Positions 30,012 through 41,117 are shown, numbered from the stretch's first letter. The stretch: 64,000 bases of DNA from an uncultured Spirochaetota bacterium (GCA_963734545.1 CAVTHO010000006.1:64001-128000), one strand, 5' to 3'. The notes: generated by a model not told the origin, from the letters alone. Numbers and translations are program-made.

Positions 30012-30632
30012 TTACGCGGGTGCCATCCGGTAGAAGTCCAGACGCGCCAGCTTGATCTTCTCTATCGATTGAAATCCCGCGCCCTTTGCGAGCGCGAGTA
30101 TTTTCGAGGGCCTCATCCGATGCGCCAGCGGCGGGCCGATCTCCTCGGACCGGTACGGCCACTCGAGGAGCGCGACCCGGTGCCGCGCGACACGCCGCGC
30201 CTCCTGAAGGGCCGCCGCGGGATCATCCGTTTCATGCAGGACCTGTCCGAGGAAGACCAGGTCGAAAGAGCCGTTTTCGAACGGCAGCTGCTCTGCCACG
30301 CCTTCCGCGAACTCCGCGTCCGGCACGAGATGCCGTGCGACATCGAGGAAGCCGGCATTGGGGTCGATGCCCGCGACTCGAAGCGACGCGCCGGCAAAGG
30401 CCTGGGCAAACACGCCGGTTCCCGTGCCGATGTCCAGCGCGCTCTCGATCGGCACGCCTTCCCTGCACAACCGAAGGACGCGCTCTACCTCCAACAAAGC
30501 CAGCCTTTCCGGCGTCCGCAGCTTCTCGGCTCCCAGGGGAAACCGTCGTTCGTGCTTATGCGGATCGGAAGGGCCGAATCCGTCGGGTACGGGACGACCC
30601 GTTCGGGGAGTACCCCGTGCGTCGGCGCTCAT
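30012..30632 (-). CDS. Class I SAM-dependent methyltransferase
   Basis: LDIGTGTG, AEQLPF..GSFDLV, GPPLAHR. The N-terminal extension is repeat-derived. Confidence 0.88.
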   Translation of the reverse strand: MSADARGTPRTGRPVPDGFGPSDPHKHERRFPLGAEKLRTPERLALLEVERVLRLCREGVPIESALDIGTGTGVFAQAFAGASLRVAGIDPNAGFLDVARHLVPDAEFAEGVAEQLPFENGSFDLVFLGQVLHETDDPAAALQEARRVARHRVALLEWPYRSEEIGPPLAHRMRPSKILALAKGAGFQSIEKIKLARLDFYRMAPA

Positions 30633-30904
30633 TCCGGCATGTCGTCCAGGCCGCCCGCGTTGATCACATCCGTGAAGCCGGCCTGTCTCAGGAGGCGCGC
30701 TCCCTGCCCGCTGCGGGCACCCGAGGCGCAGTACAGTACGACGGGCGCGTCCCTGGGCTCCAGCTCATTCATGCGCGCCAGAAGCGAGGAGAGCGGTATG
30801 TTGATCGCTCCCTGATACGCTCCGTCCTTGAACTCGGCCGGCGACCTTACGTCCACGATCCGCGCTCCGGCAGCAATCTTCTCTCTTACCGTGTTTCCCG
30901 CCAT
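30629..30904 (-). CDS. Single-domain rhodanese (sulfurtransferase)
   Basis: IVDVRSPAEF..G...GAINIP, YCASGARS active-site loop. Confidence 0.93.
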   Translation of the reverse strand: MAGNTVREKIAAGARIVDVRSPAEFKDGAYQGAINIPLSSLLARMNELEPRDAPVVLYCASGARSGQGARLLRQAGFTDVINAGGLDDMPE

Positions 30905-30940
30905 GTCATTTACTCCTTGAAAACGGCCTGCATGCGCCGC

Positions 30941-32607
30941 TTAAGATTCCTCGATGTCAAACCCGCCGTGAGCGAGCGCGATGATGAACCCGCCGGTCAT
31001 GTTTCTCACATCATCCCAGCCATTCTGTTTCAGGATGCGAAGGGCCAGGTGGGCGCGGAACCCCGAGCGGCAATGCACGATGATCGGCCTGCCTTTTGGA
31101 ACCTCGGCCAGTCGAAAACGCAGCTCGTCCACCGGTATGTGCAGAGCGTTCCTGATGTGAGAGGCATCGTACTCGTTGAGGTTGCGCACGTCCAGAAGGA
31201 GCGGAGAATCGACCGTGCCCGCTCCGCTCAGCAGGCGCTGCACGTCGGGAACCGTGACAAGCGGGCTGAATCCGCTGATGTCGTTCAAGCCGACGAACGC
31301 CGCCATGTTGATTGGATCGTTCGCGGATGAATACGGAGGCGCGTAGGCCAGGTCGATCTCCGCAAGATCGTGCAGGGTCATCTTCCCGTGCAGGGCCACG
31401 GCGAGTGAGTCGATCCTCTTCTCCACGCCTTCCTTGCCGAATGCCTGCGCGCCGAGCAGCCGCGCGGTTTTTCGGTCGTACAGGATCTTGAGCACCAGCT
31501 CTTTTCCACCGGGATAGTAGCCGGCATGATGATCCTTGGCCACGATTGCCGCGCCGACATCGAATCCCGCCGCACGAGCGGCGGCTTCAGTGAGGCCGGT
31601 GGATGCGGCGGTGGAGTCGAAAACCTTCACGACGCTCGACCCGAGCGCGCCCGAATATTTCATGGCGATGCCGAGCGCATTGGACGCCGCGATCCTTCCC
31701 TGCCGGTTCGCCGGGCCTGCCAGCGGTATGCGCACTTTGCGGCCCGGACACCGACTGCAGCACCTCGACCATGTCTCCGGCCGCCCAGATGTGGGGATCC
31801 GAGGTGCGCATGTGGTCATCCACGAGGAGACCGCCCGTCTCTCCAATCGCCAGACCCGCTTTTCGGGCAAGACCGAGCTCCGGCCTTACCCCCACGGAGA
31901 CCAGAACCAGCGCGCCCGGAAGCCGGGAGCCATCCGAGAGCTCCACCTCTCCCGCGGCATGCACAGCCCCGAGCCCGACACCCGTCCGCACGCGCACCCC
32001 GTTGGATTCGAGGCTTGCAGCGATCATGCCTCCGAACTCGGGATCCATGACGGACATGAGGCGGGGCAGCAGCTCCACCACGGTCGTCGCGATCCCCCGT
32101 TTCGCAAAAGCCTCCGCCATCTCGAGGCCGATGAATCCCGCCGCCGGCGATCACCGCCGTTGCGGGTTTCCGGGTCTCCACGAACTCATGGATGGCGTCC
32201 ATGTCAGGCACGGTCCAGAGTCGGAAAACATTCGCCGCATCCAGCCCGGGAAGAGCGGGCATCACGGGATTTCCGCCCTGGGCGAGAATCAGGGAGTCGT
32301 ACTCCAGCCAGGATTCACCCTCGGGCCCCCTCACCCGCACGCGCTTTGCCGCCCGATCGATCTCGATTGCCTCCGTGTCCACGAGGACCTTCACCCCGTA
32401 GCGGCTGTCGAAGCCTTCCGGTGTCTGCAGGAGAAGCTTCGAGCGCTTCTGGATGTCCCGCGAAATGTAGTAGGGCAGGCCGCAGTTGGCGTAGGAGACA
32501 TACGGTCCGCGCTCGACAATGGTGATGTCCGCGGTCTCACTTATCCGCCGCGCGCGGGCAGCGGCGGTCGCGCCTCCGGCCACTCCTCCCACGATGAGGA
32601 TCTTCAT
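30941..32607 (-). CDS. CoA-disulfide/persulfide reductase with C-terminal rhodanese (frameshifts near 32140 and 31745)
   Basis: IVGGVAGGATAAARARR, SYANCGLPY, IWAAGD, LAGPANRQGR, LAYAPPYSSANDP, HCRSGFRA. Confidence 0.92.
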
Positions 32608-32670
32608 GTTCGCTGGTTCTCCTTGCCGACATTCCCTTCACCAAGTATAGAGGAAGGGAGCATGCTCTTC

Positions 32671-32686
32671 AGTGACTTCTGTCACA
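32671..32686 (-). promoter_or_regulatory. CRP-like box at a class II promoter
   Basis: Minus strand TGTGA-cagaag-TCACT; TATACT at 32649-32644 places the box centre at about -41.5. Confidence 0.75.
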
Positions 32687-33356
32687 CAGGGAGGGGATCG
32701 GTGCCCTTGTCCTTGAGATCTGCCGGCCGCAGGACCCGTATCCTCCCCCGAAGAGTCGTGATCAGGCCGTCCGATTCAAAATCCTTCAGAATTCTCGTCA
32801 CCACTTCGCGCGAGGTGCCGAGCTCGGAGGCGATCTCGGCGTGCGTCCTTCCCACCACGTTCTGCCTGCCGCGGGCAGACTTGACGAGATACGCGGCGAT
32901 CCGCGCATCCACGTGATGAAATGCCACCTCTTCCACGAGGGCGAGAACGTCTTCGAGCCTCCTGGAATAGAGGCCGAACACGAACTTCCGCCACTCGGCA
33001 TGCTCCTCCACGAGATTCATGAGAAGCCGGGAAGGAAGGAGCAGGACCTCGGTGGCGCCCTCGGCCTCGGCGACGGCCGGAAAGCTCCCGCCGTTCAGGA
33101 TGCACGTGGCCGTGAGGATGCAGCTCTCCCCCTGCTCGATCCGGTAGAGGGTGAGCTCCTTTCCGGTTTCGCTCGTCTTGTAGATGCGGAGGGTTCCTTT
33201 CAGCACGAGGGGAAGGAACGCGCACTCATTCCCGTCCCGCACGAGCACCTGCTTGTGCGCCAGGGTCTTGTGAATCCCCTGGGCGGCCAGCAGATCTTTC
33301 GAGCGCTGCGGCGCCCTCTTGAGGATCGGGAATGCATCGAAGAGCAGGTCTTCCAC
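32682..33356 (-). CDS. Crp/Fnr family transcriptional regulator
   Basis: [25 protein letters not shown] and the [24 protein letters not shown]. Confidence 0.93.
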   Translation of the reverse strand: MEDLLFDAFPILKRAPQRSKDLLAAQGIHKTLAHKQVLVRDGNECAFLPLVLKGTLRIYKTSETGKELTLYRIEQGESCILTATCILNGGSFPAVAEAEGATEVLLLPSRLLMNLVEEHAEWRKFVFGLYSRRLEDVLALVEEVAFHHVDARIAAYLVKSARGRQNVVGRTHAEIASELGTSREVVTRILKDFESDGLITTLRGRIRVLRPADLKDKGTDPLPV

Positions 33357-33463
33357 CTCGCCGGATCATCGCGCCGGGTCGCACCGTCGGTCAAGCCACG
33401 GCCGCCGGCCGCTCGCTGTCGGTCTTGACGGACCTCTCCGCGCGTGCAAACATGACGGCGTCC

Positions 33464-33772
33464 TGCCGGAAGAACAGCGCGCGAGAGAATCCTTGCAAGC
33501 GGACAGAGTCCCCCGCGGGGGATGGGGTCCCGGGGATCGCCGAAGGTGCAAACAGCGGACCGACGCTCGGGCCGCTGAAACTCTCAGGCAGAAGGATCGC
33601 GCTGGGACGGCACTCTGGAAAGTCGCCGCATGGGCCGCCTCGAACGCGGCTGCGTGCGGCCGCCGAAGGGGCATTCCCGACACTCGCGCACCATCGCCGG
33701 GAGCGAAAGGAAAACTTCGCCAGGAGCGAAAGTGCGGCTCGGGAGCAATCTCTCAGGCCCATGACAGAGGGA
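33464..33772 (+). ncRNA. Tandem glycine riboswitch
   Basis: Two aptamers, GAGAGA...CGCCGAAGGTGCAA...CTCTCAGG and CTCTGGAAAG...CGCCGAAGGGGCA...CTCTCAGG...GACAGAG. Leader tgccg / linker cggca pairing; directly upstream of gcvT. Confidence 0.95.
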
Positions 33773-33800
33773 ACGGGTACACGCCCGTTCCCTTTTTTTT
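33769..33800 (+). terminator. Riboswitch expression-platform terminator
   Basis: gggaacgggt-acac-gcccgttccc followed by T8, adjoining and partly overlapping the 3' end of aptamer 2. Confidence 0.9.
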
Positions 33801-33817
33801 GCGGCAAGGGAGGAAGC

Positions 33818-34916
33818 ATGATCACCAAGCTGCACGGCTGGCACCTGCGCGCGGGCGCCCGGATGGTCGATTTCGGCGGATGGGACATGCCCATCCAGTA
33901 CGGGACCGGGCCGCGGGAGGAGCACGTCCGCGTGCGCGAAGCGGCCGGGCTGTTCGACATCGACCACATGGGCAGGCTGGAGGTCGCGGGGCCGGGTGCG
34001 CAGGATTTCCTGCAGCACGTGCAGACCTGGGACGTGTCCCGTCTTGCGGTCGGGCAGGGCCCACTACAGCATGCTTCTCAACGAGACGGGCGGAATACTC
34101 GACGACATCTTCGTCTACCACAGGCCTGGATCGTGGCTGCTGGTGGTGAACGCCTCCAACGCGCCGAAGGACAGGGCCTGGCTCGAATCGCATACTCGCG
34201 GCTTTGACGTGACTATCCGCGACCGCAGCGCCGACACCTGCCTGGTCGCCCTGCAGGGTCCTGCTGCCCGGGAGGTCCTGCAGCGCGTGTGCCCCGCAAT
34301 CGATCTTGCCAGGGTCGGTTTTCATCACATCGTGGAGTGCACGCTGGCAGGGGCCCCGAGCATTCTGTGCACATCGGGATACACGGGCGAGCCGGGGTAC
34401 GAGATGCTTCTTCCTGCCGAGAATTGCGAAGCCCTGTGGTCCGCTCTTCTCGATGCCGGCGCTTCGCACCGGCTGATCCCCTGCGGGCTTGCGGCCAGGG
34501 ATTCACTTCGCGCCGAGGCGTGTCTTCCCCTCTATGGAAATGAGATCGACGAAACAACCGACCCGCTCAGCGCGGGTCTGGCGCGGGCAGCCGTCAGCCT
34601 CGAGGGCCATGACTTCATCGGCAGGAAGGCGCTGGCGGCGCTCGCCCTGAAAAAGCCAAAGCAGGTGATGATCGGTTTCGAAATGGTGGACCCGGGGGTC
34701 CCGCGGCACGGCTACCCGATCGCGGTGGACGGCAGGACCGCGGGACGGGTGACCACCGGACTTTTCAGCCCGAGCACCGGAAAGTACCTTGGCATGGGGT
34801 ACGTGGAGGTGCTCCGGGCGGGCGTCGGTGAGCAGGTAGGCGTCGTCATCAGGGAGGCCGTGAAGGCGGCGCGGATCGTCGCACGGCCCTTCTACACATC
34901 GCCACACTGGAGGTGA
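33818..34916 (+). CDS. gcvT: Glycine cleavage system aminomethyltransferase (frameshift near 34052)
   Basis: [48 protein letters not shown]. Confidence 0.95.
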
Positions 34917-34919
34917 AGC

Positions 34920-35310
34920 ATGGAATACCGGTTCGACGACAAGGTGCGCTACTCGAAGACCCACGAGTGGGTGCGGGTCGAGGGAGGAGAGGCGGTGATC
35001 GGCATCAGCGACTACGCGCAGAACAAGCTCTCCGACGTCGTCTTCGTGGAGCTTCCCGCCGCGGGCAAGGAATTGCGCGCGGGGCAGTCCTGCATGGTCA
35101 TCGAGTCCGTGAAGGCCGCGGAGGAGGTGTTTGCCCCCGTGTCGGGCGCGGTTGTCGCGCGCAACGAGAAACTGGAAAAGGCACCCGAGCTGGTGAACAA
35201 GGACCCCTTCGGCGACGGGTGGCTCGTGAAGGTGACGCTCTCCGATCCCGCGGGAGGTTGATTCCCTTATGGACGCGGCCGCCTATCGAAAGCTCGTGGA
35301 GACCCTATGA
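34920..35310 (+). CDS. gcvH: Glycine cleavage system H protein (frameshift near 35255)
   Basis: YSKTHEWV, GISDYAQ, IESVKAA lipoyl-lysine, VNKDPFGDGW. Confidence 0.95.
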
Positions 35311-36665
35311 GCTTCATCCCCAACACCGACGCCGACCGGGTCAGGATGCTCGACGCCATCGGCGTCGGCGCGGTCGGCGATCTGTTCCACGACGTTCCCC
35401 GGGAGCACCGCTTCCCCCGGCTCGATCTGCTTCCGGCGGTGTCCGAGCAGGAGATCCTGAAGGAGCTGGACGGCCTTTCGCGGCGGAACGCCGACTGCGG
35501 GCATACCCCGTGCTTCCTGGGCGCGGGCGCGTATCACCACTTCATTCCCAGCGTCGTGGATTTCGTGGTGTCCCGGTCGGAGTTCTACACCGCGTACACA
35601 CCCTACCAGCCCGAAATCAGCCAGGGGACCCTGCAGGCGATCTTCGAGTACCAGAGCATGATCGCGCGGCTGACAGGCATGGAGGTCTCCAATGCCTCAC
35701 ACTATGACGGGGCCACCTCCACCGCAGAGGCCGTCATCATGGCGCTGAACGTGGGCCAGCACCAGAGGAAGCGGGTCGTGGTCTCCTCCGGTGTGCATCC
35801 CCAGTACCGCGAGGTCGTGCGCACCTACACCCAGGGAATGGGGCTGCAGTTCGACGGGGACGAGAAACCGAGGCATCAGCGCTGACCTGCTCGCCGGCCT
35901 GTGCGACTCTTCCACGGCGTGCGTCGTGGTCCAGAGCCCGGACTTCTTCGGAAGGATCATTCGCTCCGGCGGCCCTCAAGGCCCTTGCGGAAAAGGTGCA
36001 TGCGATGCGGCGCCCTCCTGGTGGTCGTGGTCAACCCGATCTCTCTCGGCCTGCTCGTTCCCCCGGGGGAGCTCGGCGCGGACGTGGTGGCGGGAGAAGG
36101 ACAGGCGCTGGGCAACGCAATGGCGTTCGGCGGACCGTCGCTCGGTTTCTTTGCCTTCCGCAAGGATCAGATCCGCCGGTCCAGCGGCCGGATCGCGGGA
36201 GAGAGCACCGACCGGGAGGGGTCGCGGGGCTACGTATTCACGCTGAGCACGCGCGAGCAGCACATCCGGCGCGACAAGGCGACGTCGAACATCTGCACCA
36301 ACCAGTCCCTGAACGCGCTCGCCGCCGCGGTGTATCTCACCTCTCTCGGGCCGCGAGGGCTGCGCCGCGTGGCGGAGCTGTGCTGGCACAAGGCGCACTA
36401 TGCGGCGGCGAGTATCGCGCGCCTACCGGGGTACGCGGTGGAGGGAGGGGAGTTTTTCCACGAGTTCGTCGTGCGTTGCCCGCGGCCCCGTCGCAGGAGA
36501 CCAACCGCCGGCTGTACGAGAGGCACGGGATGCTGGGCGGATTCGACCTGGCCGCGCAGCTATCCCGAAAGGAAGGACTGCATGCTCGTCTGCTGCACGG
36601 AGATGAACAGCCGCGACGAGATCGACGCGTTCGTGTCCGCGCTGAAGGAGGCGGGCAATGGCTGA
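35307..36665 (+). CDS. gcvPA: Glycine dehydrogenase subunit 1 (several frameshifts)
   Basis: FLGAGAYHH, YTAYTPYQPEISQG, NASHYDG, TREQHIRRDKATSNICTNQ. Confidence 0.93.
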
Positions 36666-38167
36666 GCCGCTCATCTTCGAAGTCTCGCGCCCGGGGCGTG
36701 AAGGGGTGTCCCTGCCCGGCTGCGACGTGCCCGAGACGGCGATCCCGGCAGAGCTTCGGCGCGCGGACGCTCGGACTGCCGGAGGTCGCAGAGGTGGATG
36801 TCGTGCGCCACTACGTGCATCTCTCCCAGATGAACTACTCCGTGGACACGGGTCTCTATCCGCTTGGGCTCCTGCACCATGAAGTACAATCCCAAGGTCA
36901 ACGAGGTGGCTGCCCGGCTGCCGGGCTTCGCGCTCCTGCATCCCCTGCAGGACACTGCCACCGCGCAGGGTGCCATGTCCCTGATGTACGCGCTGCAGGA
37001 GATGCTGGCCGAGATCGGCGGGTTTCCACGCGGTGAGCCTCCAGCCCTCTGCGGGAGCCCAGGGTGAGCTCACCGGCATCCTGATCATGCGCAAATATCA
37101 CGCGGAGAACGGCCAGCCCGGAAGAAACCGCATACTGGTGCCTGATTCCGCGCATGGCACGAACCCTGCCTCCACGACCATGGGGGGACTCGAAGTGGTG
37201 GAGGTGCCCTCGGATGCCCGCGGAAACATCGATCTGCTGCACCTGCGGGCAAGCCTGGACGATCGGGTCGCGGGTCTCATGCTCACGAACCCCAATACTC
37301 TCGGCCTTTTCGAGGAGAACCTGCTCGAGGTCACGCGCCTCGTGCACGAGGCAGGCGGCCTCGTGTACGGAGACGGCGCGAACTTCAATGCGATCCTGGG
37401 GGTCGCGAAGCCGGGCAGAATGGGCATCGACGTCATGCATTTCAACCTGCACAAGACATTTTCCACGCCGCACGGCGGCGGAGGACCGGGATCCGGGGCG
37501 GTGGGAGTGGCGGAGCGCCTGGCGGAGTATCTTCCCGGGCCCGTTGTGGCAAAGACCGGGCGAGGCGCGGGGAACCGCCCGCTATCAATGGCGGACTCCC
37601 CGCCGATCCATCGGGCGGGTAAAGAGCTTCCAGGGAAATTTCGGCGTTCTCGTGCGCGCGTACACCTATATCCGCATGCACGGTCCCGAGGGACTTCGCG
37701 CCATAGCGGAGAATGCAGTGCTCAATGCCAACTACCTGCAGGCCCGGCTGAAGGATGTCTACCCCGTGCCGCACGGCGACCGCACCTGCATGCACGAGTT
37801 CGTGGCGCAGGGAAAGCTGGCCGCCGCGCCTGATATCCGCGCCCTGGACATCTCGAAACGATTGATCGATTACGGATTCCACCCGCCGACCAACTATTTC
37901 CCGCTCATCGTGCCCGAGGCCCTCATGATCGAGCCCACCGAGACGGAAAGCCTGGAGACCCTGGACAGGTTCCTGGATGCGATGCGCGCGATTGCGCGGG
38001 AAGCGGTCTCGACGCCCGACCTTCTCCACGACGCGCCGCACGCATCACCCGTCCGCAGGATGGACGAGGTGAAGGCGGCGCGGGATCTGCGGGTGACGGC
38101 GGAGCAGGGGGGAGTGGAGGGGGGTGGGGGGAGCCCGCGCGCCTCTCGCCGGACTACGAGCACCTAG
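36658..38167 (+). CDS. gcvPB: Glycine dehydrogenase subunit 2 (several frameshifts)
   Basis: [48 protein letters not shown]. Confidence 0.93.
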
Positions 38168-38585
38168 AGACGTGCGCACCCCCGGGAGGTGTCTGTAGAT
38201 CGTTGATGACCCAGTTTTCTGAAACGGTGCCGACGTCGACCATGACGAACTGAAATAAACCCATGTCCACTGCCGATTTGTCATAGATGTGGACCTCAAC
38301 ATCTGTTGGGGTTGAGGTATTTGGCGGGTTCGGGCTGTAGGTATATGGCTTTTGGGCATCAGGGAATTGAGTCTCCCAGAAGGAGGCGGGCTTGGTCGTG
38401 GAGTAGGCCGCTGTGCTGGGGTCCAGGTTCTTGTACGTATCCGACCTGTCACCGTTCAGGCTGTCGACGAAATCCTTGATGCGGTCCTCTATGCTGACCG
38501 GCGCGAGAGAACAACTGAATAGAAACGTCATCGTTATTGCGGCGATTATGAGCAATGTGATCCTTATTCTGGTCTTCACTGCCAT
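38154..38585 (-). CDS. Hypothetical lipoprotein
   Basis: FLFS-C lipobox; GGAGG RBS; exact C-terminus uncertain. Confidence 0.65.
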   Translation of the reverse strand: MAVKTRIRITLLIIAAITMTFLFSCSLAPVSIEDRIKDFVDSLNGDRSDTYKNLDPSTAAYSTTKPASFWETQFPDAQKPYTYSPNPPNTSTPTDVEVHIYDKSAVDMGLFQFVMVDVGTVSENWVINDLQTPPGGAHVSRCS

Positions 38586-38590
38586 CCTCC

Positions 38591-39607
38591 TCAGATATCC
38601 GCATCGACGAGTTGCGGGGCGATAGACTGTTCGAACGACGATAGGAAATTGCCGAACCGGGACAGGAATTCCCTCCACGTGGGATCGTCGGGATTCGTGA
38701 TATAGCGCGACTTCAGGAGAAGATACAGACGGCCTGCCACGAACCTGCGCATGGAAAGCGCCGCCAGGGAGAAATAGCGGACATTGAGAAAGACGTGTCC
38801 TGCATCAAGCGCAAGCGGCGTGATCACCTGTTGCTGGAATTTGCTGGCTTCATCGACTCCCTTTTCTTTGAGAATCTGCTCGCGGTTCTGCCGCTCCGCA
38901 TCGAGGCGTGCCTTGTACTCCAGATATGTCGCGTAGTAATCCGCAACGTTCTTTTCGTACTCCGCCAGGGAGCTCTCGATGCTCGTCATGGCTGCCAGCG
39001 GATCCGCCAGCATTGCGGTGAGCTTGTCCTCGTTCCACTTGCTGTAGTCCATCAGCTCTTTCGGCACGGTGAATTTGTCCCCGGGCGGCTTCCCGAGCGG
39101 CACCTCGACACCTTCGGTGGCCACGAGATCCACCGATCTGCCCTCCGATTCAACCGTCACCTGTCCCGAGTCCACCGCGATCAGGGTCGAGCCGTCGGCA
39201 CCGGAGAACACGCTGAACTCGGTGCCTCGGACGCCGGCAATCGCACCGTTGGTGCGCACGAGGGGCTCCTGGCCGGTGAGCTTGTCATAGCGGAACTTGA
39301 TGGAGCCGAGCGTCACCGAAAGGACGGAGGAAGTCTTTCCTCCCTGCTCCCTCTCCATGAGGGTGAAGACGGTATTCTTTGCTATCTTGATCGTGACGCC
39401 CTTCTGGTCCAGCTCCGCAAGGCCGTCCTTGCCCGTCCGCAGGGCGTCACCGGTATTGATCCTGTCACCGATCTGCGCGTCCTGCACCTTTCCGGTCTTC
39501 AGCTTGATGCTCGCGTCCCCTTCCGCATACGTCACGTCCGCGGGGGCCGCGGAAAGGGCAATGGCCCCGATGAGCATGAACGCCGCGCGCGTGAGTGCCT
39601 TCTTCAT
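38591..39607 (-). CDS. Exported FecR-domain protein
   Basis: Signal peptide, GDALRTGKDG.AEL, VRT..AIAGVRGTEFSV, GQVTV; helical C-terminus. Confidence 0.85.
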   Translation of the reverse strand: MKKALTRAAFMLIGAIALSAAPADVTYAEGDASIKLKTGKVQDAQIGDRINTGDALRTGKDGLAELDQKGVTIKIAKNTVFTLMEREQGGKTSSVLSVTLGSIKFRYDKLTGQEPLVRTNGAIAGVRGTEFSVFSGADGSTLIAVDSGQVTVESEGRSVDLVATEGVEVPLGKPPGDKFTVPKELMDYSKWNEDKLTAMLADPLAAMTSIESSLAEYEKNVADYYATYLEYKARLDAERQNREQILKEKGVDEASKFQQQVITPLALDAGHVFLNVRYFSLAALSMRRFVAGRLYLLLKSRYITNPDDPTWREFLSRFGNFLSSFEQSIAPQLVDADI

Positions 39608-39608
39608 G

Positions 39609-40079
39609 TCAATACGGTCCCTTGAACCCGTAGATCGTCTTCTTGAACCAGCTGTCGCCGAACAGGAGCAGAATCTTCTTTCCGGATCGGGAGGTCCCCA
39701 GCTCCAGGAGACGGGCCTCCTTCTTCACGTACTGCGTAAAGAATGATTTCACTTCCATGGTATCCGCGAATTGCCTGTAGCTGTCCGCGGCGAACGGAGA
39801 TGCCTGCAGCAGCGTGGCGCCTTCCACCCTGAAGCCCGCTTTCACGATGCCGGTCCAGAATGAAGCAATGTCCGGCTTCAGCGTGACGATTTCTCCGTCC
39901 ACGAGGAACGGCGCGGCGCTCATGGCCGCGAGCTTGTCAGCCTGACCCTCATTGATGAGCCGGGCGACCGTCTCCACATTCCCCTGGTCCCACGAGCGCT
40001 GCAGGGAAGCGCACGAAGCCAGGAGGAGCAACACGGCCACGGAAGCCGCCCCGGCAAGCCTTCTACCGTGAGAGCGCAT
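39609..40079 (-). CDS. Hypothetical lipoprotein
   Basis: LLLLAS-C lipobox; 1 nt from the FecR gene start. Confidence 0.7.
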   Translation of the reverse strand: MRSHGRRLAGAASVAVLLLLASCASLQRSWDQGNVETVARLINEGQADKLAAMSAAPFLVDGEIVTLKPDIASFWTGIVKAGFRVEGATLLQASPFAADSYRQFADTMEVKSFFTQYVKKEARLLELGTSRSGKKILLLFGDSWFKKTIYGFKGPY

Positions 40080-40134
40080 TCTTAAAGGGTATTGCTTTGC
40101 GGAGCCGTTTTCAAGGATCGGCCCGGGCCGGCGT

Positions 40135-41117
40135 CTACCAGCGGTGGTGCACGTCGTCGCGGACCAGCCTGTCGTATATCTCCTTCACCTTTCTCATTGT
40201 CCCGCGCGAGAGCCGCGGAGCATTCGACGCGCGGCAGTTGTCCTCCACCTGCTCGGGTTTCTTGGCGCCGGGGATCGCGCAGCTCACCGCGTCATGCATG
40301 AGGATCCATTTCAGCGCGAACTGCGTCATGGTCATCCCGTGGGGCAGGATCTGTTTCAGCTCTTCCACGGCCTGGAGACCCCGCACGTAATCCACGCCCG
40401 CGAATGTCTCCCCCCTGTCGAAGGCCTGGCCCTTGCGGTTGAAAGCCGATGGTCGTCCGCGCGGAAACGGGTGGCGCGTGTCATCCTTCCCGTGAGCAGG
40501 CCGCTGGCAAGCGGCACGCGCGCGAGTATCCCGATCCACCGCGATTTCGCCTCGCGGAAGAAGAGCTCGGCGGGCCTCTGCCGGAACATGTTGAAGATGA
40601 TCTGCACCGTCTTCACGCCCGGGTACTCGATGGCCTTGAGCGCTTCCTCCACCTTTTCCACGCTGACCCCGTAGTTTTTCAGCTTCCCGGCCTTCACCAT
40701 GTCATCCAGCTCTTTGAACATCTCCGGCGTGTAGTAGATCTGCGGGGGAGGGCAGTGAAGCTGGAGCAGGTCGAGGGCCTCGACCCGGAGGTTTCGAAGG
40801 CTCCCTTCCACGAACTTCCTGATGGCGGTGGCCGTGTACTTCTCCGCCACGTGGGGGGTGATTTTTCTGCCCGCCTTGGTGGCCACGTAGATGGTCTCCG
40901 AGCGCTCACGGAGGAGCTTCCCGATCAGCCTTTCGCTTCTGCCGTTGCCATACACGTCGGCCGTGTCGATGAAATTGACCCCGAGGTCGACCGCCTTGTG
41001 CAGCGCGGCCAGGGACTCGCGGTCGTCCACCAGGCCCCATGCGGAGCCGATGGCCCATGCGCCGAAGCTCACTTCCGAGACCTTCATCCCGGTCTTTCCA
41101 AGAAGTCGGTAATTCAT
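40135..41117 (-). CDS. Aldo/keto reductase (frameshift near 40445)
   Basis: LGKTGMKVS, FIDTADVYGNGRSE, LDLLQLHCP, PLASGLLTG, AIPGAK. Confidence 0.92.

Noticed and set aside
30941-32607. Reductase acting as the missing glycine-cleavage L protein
   Set aside because: It has the single-Cys SYANC motif of CoA-disulfide reductases, not the CxxxxC disulfide of dihydrolipoamide dehydrogenase; lpd is often encoded elsewhere.
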